DNA from: Chlorobiaceae bacterium
Lineage (GTDB): Bacteria; Bacteroidota; Chlorobiia; Chlorobiales; Chlorobiaceae
Assembly (NCBI GenBank): GCA_013334485.1
Contig: JAAXXL010000002.1
Location: 11,490 to 75,489 of the forward strand
Length of the DNA stretch: 64,000 nt
Direction of reading: 5' to 3'
Position numbers and translations under genes: made by a program
Part shown: positions 28,750-38,305 of the stretch, in pieces
Position numbering within the stretch: the first letter of the stretch is position 1
How the letters are laid out: the number at the start of each line of letters is the position of its first letter
The notes under the pieces: generated by a model
The model's input: only the letters and a program-made list of their open reading frames with translations
The model's database searches: none
Told to the model about the DNA's origin: nothing

Positions 28750-29472
28750 TTACAGATCGGGTTGATGGGTGCTTTGAACAATATCCTCGATAGTGTCGGA
28801 GATCGTTCTGGCTGAGCTCAGCTCATATGAGCCGATAGAGACTCTTCTGAGCGAGGCAAGATAGCCGCCTGTGCCAAGTGCCTGCCCAAAATCGTGAGCT
28901 ATAACCCTGATATAGGCACCCTTGGATACATGGAGCACAAAATAGACCATCGGAAGGTCAATCCGGGTAACTTCAAAGCGATAAATTACAATCTCCTTAC
29001 TCTTCCTCTCCTTTATAACTTCCCCTTTGCGGGCATGTTCATAAAGGCGTTTTCCCTGATGCCAGGCAGCCGAATGCATCGGAGGCTGTTGCTGATGGGT
29101 TCCAACAAACGTTGCTGCAGCAAGCCTGATCTGCTCTTCTGTCAGATGATCGGTGCTGCACTCTCCATATTCACTGGTTTCAGTGTCATGACTCTCCGTC
29201 ATAACGCCAAGCTTGATCGCTCCGTCATAGACTTTGTCAAGAATCTCAAGACCGGCTATTGCTTTGGTTTTCCTTCCCGAGGCGAGAATAAGCAGGCCTG
29301 TTGCTTTCGGATCAAGAGTACCGCAATGACCCACCTTTCGCTTCAGACCGCTTTGACGGTAGGTATTCCTGACTTTGGCAACCACATCAAACGATGTCCA
29401 GTCCAATGGCTTGTCTATCAGAAGAAATGCGCCTTCATCCTGAAGCTGCGCACTGTTTTGATGCTCTTCCAT
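28750..29472 (-). CDS. truB: tRNA pseudouridine(55) synthase
   Basis: DKPLDWTSFDVV, KVGHCGTLDPKATG, PPMHSA, SKGAYIR; start ATG 29472 (GTG 29499 is the alternative). Confidence 0.96.
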   Translation of the reverse strand: MEEHQNSAQLQDEGAFLLIDKPLDWTSFDVVAKVRNTYRQSGLKRKVGHCGTLDPKATGLLILASGRKTKAIAGLEILDKVYDGAIKLGVMTESHDTETSEYGECSTDHLTEEQIRLAAATFVGTHQQQPPMHSAAWHQGKRLYEHARKGEVIKERKSKEIVIYRFEVTRIDLPMVYFVLHVSKGAYIRVIAHDFGQALGTGGYLASLRRVSIGSYELSSARTISDTIEDIVQSTHQPDL

Positions 29473-29495
29473 ACTCTCTGTGCTCGCCAAAAAGA

Positions 29496-29861
29496 TCACT
29501 CTTCACCCTTTTCAGGGGAGCTTTTGCGCACACTGCTCAACAGCTCTTCAATCCTTGTGGCACGCTCATAGAGATGATCTTCATGGAATTCAAGTTCCGG
29601 AATACGCCTGAAATGATGGCGGATCCTTGCGGAGAGAATCTTTCTGATACTTTTCGTCTCCTCACGCAAATAGACCATGGCCTCCTGCTGCTCTTTGGGC
29701 GTACCGATAATGGAGACATAGATCCTCGCAATGCCGAGATCGGCCGTAACCTTTACATCAACAACCGTAATGATCGGGCCGCTGCGAGGTAGCTCTTTCT
29801 GCATTATTGCACCGAGCTCCTGCTGAAGGAGTGAGGCAACTTTCTCAGTACGTATCGACAT
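29496..29861 (-). CDS. rbfA: Ribosome-binding factor A
   Basis: RTEKVA, VKVTADL..ARIYVS, RRIPELEF; follows infB. Confidence 0.95.
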   Translation of the reverse strand: MSIRTEKVASLLQQELGAIMQKELPRSGPIITVVDVKVTADLGIARIYVSIIGTPKEQQEAMVYLREETKSIRKILSARIRHHFRRIPELEFHEDHLYERATRIEELLSSVRKSSPEKGEE

Positions 29862-29879
29862 AGTTCAACAATAAGAGGT

Positions 29880-32594
29880 TTACAATTTCCGTTTTTTCTC
29901 GACGATTTTGTAAGCCTCAACAATATCTCCAACCTTGATATCATCGTAATTTTTGAGACTCATACCGCACTCATAGCCGGCATCGACCTCTTTGACATCA
30001 TCCTTGAAGCGCTTGAGAGCAGCAAGCTGACCTTCATAGATCTGAACACCATCACGAAGCAGTCGAACCTTGGAGTCACGGAAAACCTTGCCCTCAAGCA
30101 TATAGCATCCACCAACGTTACCAATCTTCGGCACTTTAAAGACCTGACGAATCTCAAGCGATCCAAGACTCTCCTCATGAAGCTCCGGAGAGAGCATACC
30201 TTCAAGAGCCTTTTCAACATCTTCAAGTACATGATAGATGACGCTGTAGAAGCGAACATCAAGATCTTCCTTTTCAGCAAGTTTCTTGGCGTTGACATTC
30301 GGACGCACTCTGAATCCGATAATTATGGCGTCTGAAGCCGCAGCAAGCAGAACGTCGGTTTCGGTAATCTGACCAACACCCTGGTGGATAATCTGCACCT
30401 TGACCTCCTCATTCTGAATCTTCATGAGTCCATCGGCAAGGGCCTGAATAGAGCCGTCGGTATCAGCCTTGATAATAACGCTCAGCTCTTTCATGAGACC
30501 CTCCTTGATCTGACGGGCAATGCTGTCAAGCTTGACGCGTGTACTGCGACGGAAATCGTGCTCTCGACGGATAACCTGCCGTTTCTGAGCCAGGTCACGG
30601 GCCTCCCTGTCGGTTACCATAACCGTCAGCACATCACCCGATTGCGGAAGATCCTCGAATCCGAGAACCATGACAGGCTGTGAAGGACCGGCAAAGGCAA
30701 TTCTCTTGCCCCGTTCGTCCATAATAGCGCGAACCTTGCCAAGTGTATTGCCTGCAACAAATGGATCGCCAACCTTGAGGAATCCCCGCTGAACCAGAAC
30801 CGTAGAGATAACACCCTTACCCTTGTCAAGCTCCGACTCAACAATAATGCCGCTTGCTGGAACCTCTTTGGAATAGTTACCGCGCAGTTCACGCATCTCA
30901 GCTTCAGTCAGCACCTTGCCCATAAGCTCCGAGATCCCGAGTCCCTTCTTGGCGGATATCTCCTGGCACTGGTACTCACCGCCCCACTCTTCAACAAGCA
31001 CACCGGCTTCGGAAAGCTGGGTTTTAATCTTTTCGGGATTGGCTTCAACCTTGTCAATTTTGTTAAGGGCAACAACAATCGGCACACCGGCCGCCTTGGC
31101 ATGATTGATCGCCTCGATGGTCTGAGGCATAACACTGTCATCTGCGGCCACAACAAGAATAACGATATCGGTCACCTGAGCTCCCCTTGCACGCATGGCG
31201 GTAAAGGCTTCATGACCAGGTGTATCGAGAAAGGTGATCCTTCTGTTTCCATCAACCGTCACTTCATAAGCTCCGATGTGCTGGGTTATTCCACCCGATT
31301 CACCGGCAACAACATTGCTGTTACGGATATAATCAAGCAGTGAGGTCTTTCCGTGATCAACATGGCCCATGATCGTAACAACAGGAGGACGGGTCTGCAG
31401 ATCCTCTTCAGCATCCTCCTCGGCAATAACTGCGGTTGCTTCTACTTCAGAGATGAATTCAGCTTCGTATCCAAACTCAAGAGCAATAAGTTCAATCGAC
31501 TCCTTGTCAAGCCGCTGGTTGATAGTGACAAACTTGCCGAGAGCGAAACACTTCTGGATAATATCCTTTGCCGTAACTCCCATCAGTTCTGCCAGTTCAT
31601 GCGGAGAAGCGTATTCAGTTACCCTGACAATAAGCTGCTGCGATTCGCGAAGTGCTTCGGCCTCTTCCTGTTCGCGCTCACGATCAATTCTGCGCATTTT
31701 GCGGAATTTCTGGCGCGAACCCGTGCCGCTGCCATCTTCCATTCCGCTGATCGTTTTCTGAATATTTGCCGAAATAACCTTGTCATCGACTTCCGGCTTC
31801 TTTTTCTTCTTGCCCTTTTTCTTTTTGCTGGCCGCACTCTCATCAACCGCAACTTTAGGCTTTTCATCACCCGCAGCCTTGACCGGCTTTTTGATCACAG
31901 CACCTTTTTCATCAACATGCGTCTCATCTGCCGGTTTCGTCTCAAACTCGTCTTTCAGTGCGTCAGCCTGCTCCTTGAAATTCTTTTTACGGTTTTTCTT
32001 ATTCCTGCCGGCCTGCATATCAAGCGTACCAAGAACGGTCAAACCGCCCATGTTCTGGGGACTGTCAAACGAGACCAGATGCTCATTGATAGACGGCTCA
32101 ATCTTTACAGGCTCAGGTTCCGGAACATCAATGACTATTGGCAATGATGACTCAATTTCAGATTGCTCGACAACGGCAACAACATCCGCAACCGGAGATG
32201 GCTCGTCAACAAACAATTCATCAGGAACATCCGCCTGCTGGGCATGATGCGTATCTTCTTTTTTGGCTTCCGGAGCCGCTACCGGAGCAGGGGGAGGGCT
32301 GAGGGTTTCGCGCAGTTGCTTCTCTTTTTCATAAGTTTTGCGTGACTGCTCTTCAAGCCGTGTTAAGCGCTTCTCTTTTTCCTCCCTGATTTTCTTGGTC
32401 TCGTCGACCATTTTCTTTTCAACACTGAAGTGGCTGAAAATCAGGTTGTGCATCTCATCACCTACCATAGAGGATGTAGAGGCCACTTTGCCCCCTTCCT
32501 GCTTGACAAACAGTAAGACTTCCTGCGGACTCAACTGCAGTTCTCTTGCTATATCACTTATTCGATATCTCTTTTCCATGTCCTCAAGGGCCAT
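29880..32594 (-). CDS. infB: Translation initiation factor IF-2
   Basis: RPPVVTIMGHVDHGKTSLLD, GGITQHIGAY, DTPGHEAF, NKID; start revised to ATG 32594 behind a GAGGAGG SD. Confidence 0.98.
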   Translation of the reverse strand: MALEDMEKRYRISDIARELQLSPQEVLLFVKQEGGKVASTSSMVGDEMHNLIFSHFSVEKKMVDETKKIREEKEKRLTRLEEQSRKTYEKEKQLRETLSPPPAPVAAPEAKKEDTHHAQQADVPDELFVDEPSPVADVVAVVEQSEIESSLPIVIDVPEPEPVKIEPSINEHLVSFDSPQNMGGLTVLGTLDMQAGRNKKNRKKNFKEQADALKDEFETKPADETHVDEKGAVIKKPVKAAGDEKPKVAVDESAASKKKKGKKKKKPEVDDKVISANIQKTISGMEDGSGTGSRQKFRKMRRIDREREQEEAEALRESQQLIVRVTEYASPHELAELMGVTAKDIIQKCFALGKFVTINQRLDKESIELIALEFGYEAEFISEVEATAVIAEEDAEEDLQTRPPVVTIMGHVDHGKTSLLDYIRNSNVVAGESGGITQHIGAYEVTVDGNRRITFLDTPGHEAFTAMRARGAQVTDIVILVVAADDSVMPQTIEAINHAKAAGVPIVVALNKIDKVEANPEKIKTQLSEAGVLVEEWGGEYQCQEISAKKGLGISELMGKVLTEAEMRELRGNYSKEVPASGIIVESELDKGKGVISTVLVQRGFLKVGDPFVAGNTLGKVRAIMDERGKRIAFAGPSQPVMVLGFEDLPQSGDVLTVMVTDREARDLAQKRQVIRREHDFRRSTRVKLDSIARQIKEGLMKELSVIIKADTDGSIQALADGLMKIQNEEVKVQIIHQGVGQITETDVLLAAASDAIIIGFRVRPNVNAKKLAEKEDLDVRFYSVIYHVLEDVEKALEGMLSPELHEESLGSLEIRQVFKVPKIGNVGGCYMLEGKVFRDSKVRLLRDGVQIYEGQLAALKRFKDDVKEVDAGYECGMSLKNYDDIKVGDIVEAYKIVEKKRKL

Positions 32595-32655
32595 TACATC
32601 CTCCTCTGGATTTAAAAACTCTTTACTCTTACCCAATCGTTCTTATCTGCGGGGA

Positions 32656-34212
32656 TTACTCAGGATTCGTCTCCACCACTGGTTCAACTGGATCCTGATC
32701 GTCATCGTCATCAAAAAGACCCTGCAGATCCGATTCGGTAAACTGCTCTTTAACGGTTTTATAGATGTTTTCGGCAATCTTCTTCCAGTAACGCTTTTCA
32801 TCCTCGGTCACTTTTCGCTCCCTCGGCTTTACTCCGGGTCTGCGGCCCTGTGGCTGGCCAAAAACGGTTACCTCTTCGGGTTTAGCCGGTCCAAGAAGTG
32901 CATTTTCAATCTCTTCAACTCCGGCTTTCAGAACTTTTTTAGCTGTATCAAGTCCGCCATCAAGAAGCTGATAGATCATATCATCACCGAACTCTTCACG
33001 GAATGCGATGATATCGATATCCGTCGGATCTTCCATTGACTTGTCAATAACATCGCGATAAACGTCGATCTCATAGCCTGTCAGTTTTTCAGCCAGATGA
33101 ATGTTATTTCCATTCTTGCCGATGGCATATTTGATCTGGTCCGGCTTGAGCATCACTCGCGCCTTCCTGGTTTTCGGATCGGCATGAACAGTCAACGGAT
33201 CGATTTTAGCCGGCTGCATAGCTCTGGATATATAGATCTGGGGCTCATCGGTATAGTAGATAACGTCAATATTCTCATTATTCAGCTCCTTGACAATGCT
33301 CTGAATACGTTTACCCCTGTAACCAACCGTTGCTCCTACAGGATCAATCCTTGCACTGGTAGATTCAACAGCAACCTTGGCCCTTTCGCCAGGCACCCGG
33401 GCAATAGCTTTAATAATAATCAGGCCATCAAGAATTTCCGGAACCTCATGTTCAAAAAGCTTGTAGAGAAAACGGTCATCAACTCTTGATACAATCACTT
33501 TCATGCCGCCGTCCGCTTTTTCGCGTTCAACCACATTTCCGTCATCAAGCTTTGTTTTCACCTTCTCGCGCTCAATACGCTTGATATAGAGTTTCATCCT
33601 CGGAGTTCTGCGGGGATTATCCTTTTTCATCATCTCCGACTTCGGAAGAACAAGTTCAACACGGTGATCTTTTGAGGTGTTGTAGGTAAAAATAACCTCA
33701 TTTGAACGGACCTGGTAAACCTCGCCGGCTACAACCTCACCAACTTTCTCCAGACACTCTTCATAGACCACAAGACGCTCAAGATCCCTCACTTTTTTCT
33801 GAACGGACTGCTTGATAATCTGTATGGATTTACGGCTCAGATAATCATCCAGCTTGATAGGACCCTCTTCATAAGAATCACCGATTTCAAGCGAGTCATC
33901 AATTTTTCTCACCTCATCAAGACTGATCTCGATACTTTCGATGTCTACTTCCTTGACGATTTTTTTCAGAATATAGACCTCAAAATCACCCCTTTCCGGG
34001 TTGATGAAAATGTTGGATTCAACTTCAGGATCATAATCTTTTCTGAGCTGCTTCTGGATGATATCCTTGAGCAGATCGGCAATATCCATTTTCACCGCCG
34101 CACTTTCCGTGCGCTTATCCAGAAAGATCTTGGACTGTTCGATTTCACCGAAAGCACTGGCAATCTGTGCTCTCCTGTCCACTCCCTCATCTTTTATCTT
34201 TTTTCTGACCAT
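32656..34212 (-). CDS. nusA: Transcription termination/antitermination factor NusA
   Basis: S1 and KH domains: ARVPGERAKVAV, IDPVGATVG.RGKRIQ, AIGKNGNNIHLA..LTGYEIDV. Confidence 0.96.
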   Translation of the reverse strand: MVRKKIKDEGVDRRAQIASAFGEIEQSKIFLDKRTESAAVKMDIADLLKDIIQKQLRKDYDPEVESNIFINPERGDFEVYILKKIVKEVDIESIEISLDEVRKIDDSLEIGDSYEEGPIKLDDYLSRKSIQIIKQSVQKKVRDLERLVVYEECLEKVGEVVAGEVYQVRSNEVIFTYNTSKDHRVELVLPKSEMMKKDNPRRTPRMKLYIKRIEREKVKTKLDDGNVVEREKADGGMKVIVSRVDDRFLYKLFEHEVPEILDGLIIIKAIARVPGERAKVAVESTSARIDPVGATVGYRGKRIQSIVKELNNENIDVIYYTDEPQIYISRAMQPAKIDPLTVHADPKTRKARVMLKPDQIKYAIGKNGNNIHLAEKLTGYEIDVYRDVIDKSMEDPTDIDIIAFREEFGDDMIYQLLDGGLDTAKKVLKAGVEEIENALLGPAKPEEVTVFGQPQGRRPGVKPRERKVTEDEKRYWKKIAENIYKTVKEQFTESDLQGLFDDDDDQDPVEPVVETNPE

Positions 34213-34268
34213 CTCTTTCTTGATTGTGCTTTTTTAAAAGATAACTCCCGCTGATCCTTAAAAACCTT

Positions 34269-34790
34269 TTATAATTCCGCTACAGGAACCGCACGGCTTA
34301 CCTGATCGAGGTAAAGTGTGACTTCCTCCCTGTTTGGTGTAGCACCCTTTTTCTTGTTTTTTTCCGGCATAATCACGATATGCTGCCGACTCTCTTCCGA
34401 CAGCGATACCCGCAGAAGACGCCCTTTAAGCTCTCTCTCTACTCCACCGTCATCACTATAGGTCACTTCCAGAACTTTCCCGCAATGCCTTATATATTGA
34501 CGGGGAAGCATGATTGGCTCACCAAGCCCCGGAGATGAGGCTGTGATCTCAAAATCCTCTCCTACCATAGCAAGAAGTTCCTCATCACCCTCAAGCCGTT
34601 CCCTGAGCCTTCTGTTCAACCAGGCACACTGGTCAATGCGTACACCGCTGTCGTCATCGACAACTATCTCTATTTTCCGGGCTCTCTGGGGTCCTTTTAC
34701 CTTGAGATCAACAAGATAGGCGCCCTCACCTCTGGTGCCCACAGATCCATCAATAATTTGGAGAACACAACTCCTGATGCGCTCTTGCAT
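34269..34790 (-). CDS. rimP: Ribosome maturation factor RimP
   Basis: IVVDDDSGVRIDQC, SSPGLGEP, RQY; first gene of the rimP-nusA-infB operon; start ATG 34790 or TTG 34805. Confidence 0.9.
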   Translation of the reverse strand: MQERIRSCVLQIIDGSVGTRGEGAYLVDLKVKGPQRARKIEIVVDDDSGVRIDQCAWLNRRLRERLEGDEELLAMVGEDFEITASSPGLGEPIMLPRQYIRHCGKVLEVTYSDDGGVERELKGRLLRVSLSEESRQHIVIMPEKNKKKGATPNREEVTLYLDQVSRAVPVAEL

Positions 34791-34823
34791 GATCACCCCG
34801 GACAATCTTTAATGGAAAACAAA

Positions 34824-34843
34824 AAAGTGGGGAACCCCCACTT
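34824..34843 (-). promoter_or_regulatory. rimP leader hairpin with U-tract (attenuator-like)
   Basis: Minus strand AAAGTGGGG-TT-CCCCACTTTTTT just upstream of rimP. Confidence 0.6.
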
Positions 34844-34915
34844 TCAGATAAGATAATTCCTGCGTCGTCAAATCAAGTGTTCTAATGTACAAAAAATCTG
34901 TCAACGGCCAAACAG

Positions 34916-35122
34916 TTACGAAACATCCCTCTCATTGTCTGAAAGATGACTCTCGATAACCTCATAATCACTCTCTTCAATCTGCTTTCGGGAAGCACTT
35001 ACACCGGGACTATTTTCTCTGTTACGGGAAGAGTAATGGAAAAAAAGTCCCCTCCTGAAGAGACGCCACACCATTCTGACAATCAGGTAGAAGAGAATAA
35101 CAAACAGAATAAATTTCAGCAT
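34916..35122 (-). CDS. Small hypothetical membrane protein (one TM)
   Basis: MLKFILFVILFYLIVRMVWRL hydrophobic N-terminus, acidic IEESDYEVI tail; start may be ATG 35122 rather than 35146. Confidence 0.65.
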   Translation of the reverse strand: MLKFILFVILFYLIVRMVWRLFRRGLFFHYSSRNRENSPGVSASRKQIEESDYEVIESHLSDNERDVS

Positions 35123-35189
35123 CGGAAAAAGCTCTGGTCTGAGCAATTAACAGTTTGTCGTCGAACAACCTTACCTGAAAAATGAAATA

Positions 35190-35227
35190 AAGGACAACAG
35201 GGACTTCAGGGACTACAAGGACGAAGA
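35190..35227 (+). repeat. 9-bp periodic microrepeat (ARGGACNNN x4)
   Basis: AAGGACAAC AGGGACTTC AGGGACTAC AAGGACGAA GA. Confidence 0.8.
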
Positions 35228-35253
35228 GACGACTTTCCGGCCACTCTATCCTG

Positions 35254-35508
35254 TCAGGCTGTCAGTAATGAGCGCAGTTTGTTTTCGTTTACCCTGTAGT
35301 TGAATGCCCTCTTGCCATCAACAAAAATTACCGGTATTTTAAGCCCGAACTCCTGGAGCAGTTCGGGGCTGGCTGAAATATCAATTTTTTCAAGTTCGAA
35401 CGGAAATGCGGCGCGAACCCGATCCAGCACCTCCATCGCCTCGTCACAAAGACAACACTCTTTTTTACCATAGAGCGTTACGTTATGGCGAATGTTACTC
35501 GTCATCAT
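35254..35508 (-). CDS. Glutaredoxin-like protein (DUF836)
   Basis: [23 protein letters not shown]; overlaps the hisS stop. Confidence 0.88.
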   Translation of the reverse strand: MMTSNIRHNVTLYGKKECCLCDEAMEVLDRVRAAFPFELEKIDISASPELLQEFGLKIPVIFVDGKRAFNYRVNENKLRSLLTA

Positions 35509-36794
35509 TTCTGCAACTCTCCTGATGCCGGTTCCTGCAGAAGCTCAAGCACCGCTTCCAGCGAAAGGGTTGATTGTTCCGAAGTGACAAGATTCTTGAG
35601 CGTGTAGAGCCCTGTTGTCACTTCCGCAGCACCGATAAAGAGCGCCCATGCAGCACGCATCCTGTTAGCATCCCTCATCTGAGCCTTCATACTCCTTCCG
35701 GCAAGGTCGATTTCCGTGCGAATGCCAGCCTTGCGCAATCGCCATGCCACCTGCATGCCATGGTCCTCCAGTTCCTGCTGCTGTATGACAACATAAGCAA
35801 CCGGCCCATGAGGAGTCAGGGCGGCTAAAAGCCCCTGTTTTTCCATGGTCAAAAGCACTCTCTCCATACCTGCAGCAAAACCTGCGGCCGGCACGTCAGT
35901 TGAGCTGCCAAGCTCTCTGGAAAGGCCATCATATCTTCCCCCGCCACCAATAGCATCCTGGGCACCAAGCTCTGAACTGGTAACTTCAAACGCTGTATGG
36001 CAGTAATAATCAAGGCCCCGGACAAGCAGGTGATCGATGTCATACGCAATCCCCCTTTCAGCAAGGTAGAAGAGCACTTTTTCGAAATCCTCAACCGAAG
36101 AGGGCGAGAGGTAGTCGTACAAGCGCGGGGCACCCGCAACAATTTCCTTAATGGCCGGATTTTTTGAATCAAGGATTCTTAGTGGATTTTTTTCGAGCCG
36201 CTCTTTTGAAGAGTCATCAAGCATCTCCTGAAACGGCAGAAAATAGCTTTTCAGGGCCTCCCGATAACGATGCCGGTCATCCTTGTCTCCAAGCGAATTG
36301 ATTCTGAGTTTCAGGCCGCGAAGCCCCAGCGACTGAAACACCTGCATCATCAGGGTGATAACCTCAGCCACTGCTGCCGGAGATGAAACACCAAGCAGTT
36401 CTGCCCCGAACTGAGAAAACTGACGCTGGCGACCAGCCTGCGGTCTCTCCTTGCGAAAAAGTTCACCGATATAGTAAAGCTTGTGCAGCGGCGCAGTGGA
36501 AAGCAGGCTTTTCTGCAGAGCGGCCCTCATGACTCCGGCAGTCATCTCCGGCCGAAGCGTAATGGAACGTCCGTTTGGATCCGGCAGAAAAGAGAACATC
36601 TCTTTTCCGACAATATCCGTTGTCGAACCAATACCTCTCTGGAACAGCTCGGTATACTCAAAAACCGGTACTCTTATTTCGCTGAACCCGTAAAGAGAGG
36701 CAACAGTATGAACCACTTCTTCAACATATTTCCATTGAGCTGACTCTTCAGGAAAAATATCCCTTGCGCCCTTTACGGCCTGATACTGCGGCAT
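35505..36794 (-). CDS. hisS: Histidine--tRNA ligase
   Basis: [57 protein letters not shown]. Confidence 0.98.
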   Translation of the reverse strand: MPQYQAVKGARDIFPEESAQWKYVEEVVHTVASLYGFSEIRVPVFEYTELFQRGIGSTTDIVGKEMFSFLPDPNGRSITLRPEMTAGVMRAALQKSLLSTAPLHKLYYIGELFRKERPQAGRQRQFSQFGAELLGVSSPAAVAEVITLMMQVFQSLGLRGLKLRINSLGDKDDRHRYREALKSYFLPFQEMLDDSSKERLEKNPLRILDSKNPAIKEIVAGAPRLYDYLSPSSVEDFEKVLFYLAERGIAYDIDHLLVRGLDYYCHTAFEVTSSELGAQDAIGGGGRYDGLSRELGSSTDVPAAGFAAGMERVLLTMEKQGLLAALTPHGPVAYVVIQQQELEDHGMQVAWRLRKAGIRTEIDLAGRSMKAQMRDANRMRAAWALFIGAAEVTTGLYTLKNLVTSEQSTLSLEAVLELLQEPASGELQK

Positions 36795-36854
36795 ATCTCG
36801 TATATTCCTCTGATAGTGAAATGGTTATGGGCATCGAAAAAAACAGGATGCGCC

Positions 36855-37325
36855 TCAAATTTGCGGTAAATCCTTCTCCTCTTCCCTGAAAAGCTCAAGA
36901 ACTTCAGTTGCCGATCCGGCATGAAGAAGCCTTTCTCGAACCTCCTCTCGACCGGCAAGGCGCGTAATGCGACCAAGAAGCTTCAGGTGTTCAGCAAGCA
37001 TCTCTTCGGGAGTCGCAAGAAGAAAAACGATCTGAACAGGTTCATTGTCAATCGATTCAAAATCAATCTCACGGTGCAGTGTAGCAAAAGCCAGAACCGG
37101 CTGTGTCACGGCACTGGTCTTGGCATGAGGAAGGGCTATTTGTTTACCAATACCGGTAGACATCTCCCCTTCACGTTTAAGGACATCCTCCCTCAGCTTT
37201 TTGCTATCCGTCACTCCTCTGTGAACAGCAACAATGGAAAGCATTTTTTCTATCACCTGCTGTTTTGTTGCCAGCTCAAGATTCAGGGCAATACATTTTT
37301 CAGAGAGAAGAGCTTCAATTTTCAT
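36855..37325 (-). CDS. PTS IIA component (fructose/mannitol/Ntr-type)
   Basis: REGEMSTGIG..IALPHA (phospho-His), IDFESIDNEPV, HLKLL. Confidence 0.9.
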   Translation of the reverse strand: MKIEALLSEKCIALNLELATKQQVIEKMLSIVAVHRGVTDSKKLREDVLKREGEMSTGIGKQIALPHAKTSAVTQPVLAFATLHREIDFESIDNEPVQIVFLLATPEEMLAEHLKLLGRITRLAGREEVRERLLHAGSATEVLELFREEEKDLPQI

Positions 37326-37448
37326 TATGACAATCTCTTGCAGTTAATACGCTGTTCTATGGAAACACGCGAGACCCGGTCAGCGGTTGAACGGATAATA
37401 TAAAACATTTATAAACCATATCGCATGCGACTCCAGTCTGTCGTCAGC

Positions 37449-38270
37449 TCAGAGGTAAAACGTAATAAAATAAAGAAATGGGGATATAAACATGACAGTA
37501 TCAAACCGATCAAGCACCCCCCCATGTCCAGGAATCAGACTCGACGAGTCTTTGACTCCTGCATCACGTTTGAACATGGACTCAACAAGATCTCCGGCTG
37601 GACTGACAAGACCAATCAGCAGACCAGTCATTAAAGAAGTTCCTAATGGCAATGAAGAGAAATAATTTCCATAGATCAGTGATACCAGCACGCTGCCAGC
37701 AATACCGAACAGAAACCCCTCCCATGTTTTATGAGGGCTCAACCGTTCAAACAGTTTGCGATGAATAAATTTCCCGCCAAGTGTGCTCCCACCGAAATAG
37801 GCAAAAATATCCGCAGCCCATACACAGAGAAAAAGAAGATAGACCATGGAGAGGCCTATTCCATCCGGAGCATCAAGCCGCACTCTTGACAGGGAACCGA
37901 ATGTAAGGTTGACATAGAGCAGGCCGGGAAAAATCGATCCAAGATTGAGCAGTGGCGATCCCTCTTTTACATAGAGTTCGAGAACGAAAAGAACAAGCAC
38001 AACCGCAAGCAGCAGCTCCCAAACCTCAACAAGATGAAGAGAAAAATTCACCTGAAAGAGCAGTGTTATCAAAAGTACCAGCCAGAGCGGCGGCGGAGTA
38101 GCTTTATGGATTGCAAGATGATGAAACTCATAAACCGCAAGCAGTGCGAGCAATGAAAAAAAGCAGGAAAACCATATCCCGCCAGCATTGATCAGAAAGA
38201 GAAGAAAAGGGATACCCACAAAAGCCACAGCTACCCGCTGCAATAAATTCACGCTCATTAATTTAGACAT
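37449..38270 (-). CDS. cdsA: Phosphatidate cytidylyltransferase
   Basis: WAADIFAYFGG, SPHKTWEG, GDLVESMFKR..GVKDS..LIPGHGGVLDRFD. Confidence 0.96.
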   Translation of the reverse strand: MSKLMSVNLLQRVAVAFVGIPFLLFLINAGGIWFSCFFSLLALLAVYEFHHLAIHKATPPPLWLVLLITLLFQVNFSLHLVEVWELLLAVVLVLFVLELYVKEGSPLLNLGSIFPGLLYVNLTFGSLSRVRLDAPDGIGLSMVYLLFLCVWAADIFAYFGGSTLGGKFIHRKLFERLSPHKTWEGFLFGIAGSVLVSLIYGNYFSSLPLGTSLMTGLLIGLVSPAGDLVESMFKRDAGVKDSSSLIPGHGGVLDRFDTVMFISPFLYFITFYL

Positions 38271-38305
38271 AGATCACATTTTAAAACGACTGACCCGCAT
38301 TGTTA

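Noticed and set aside
31353-33039. Long plus-strand ORFs (264 aa, 233 aa and others) over infB/nusA
   Set aside because: Antisense shadows of highly conserved genes.
15416-35227. Periodic short repeats considered as possible CRISPR arrays
   Set aside because: Units are 9 bp with no 25-45 bp repeats or unique spacers, and there are no cas genes in the window.
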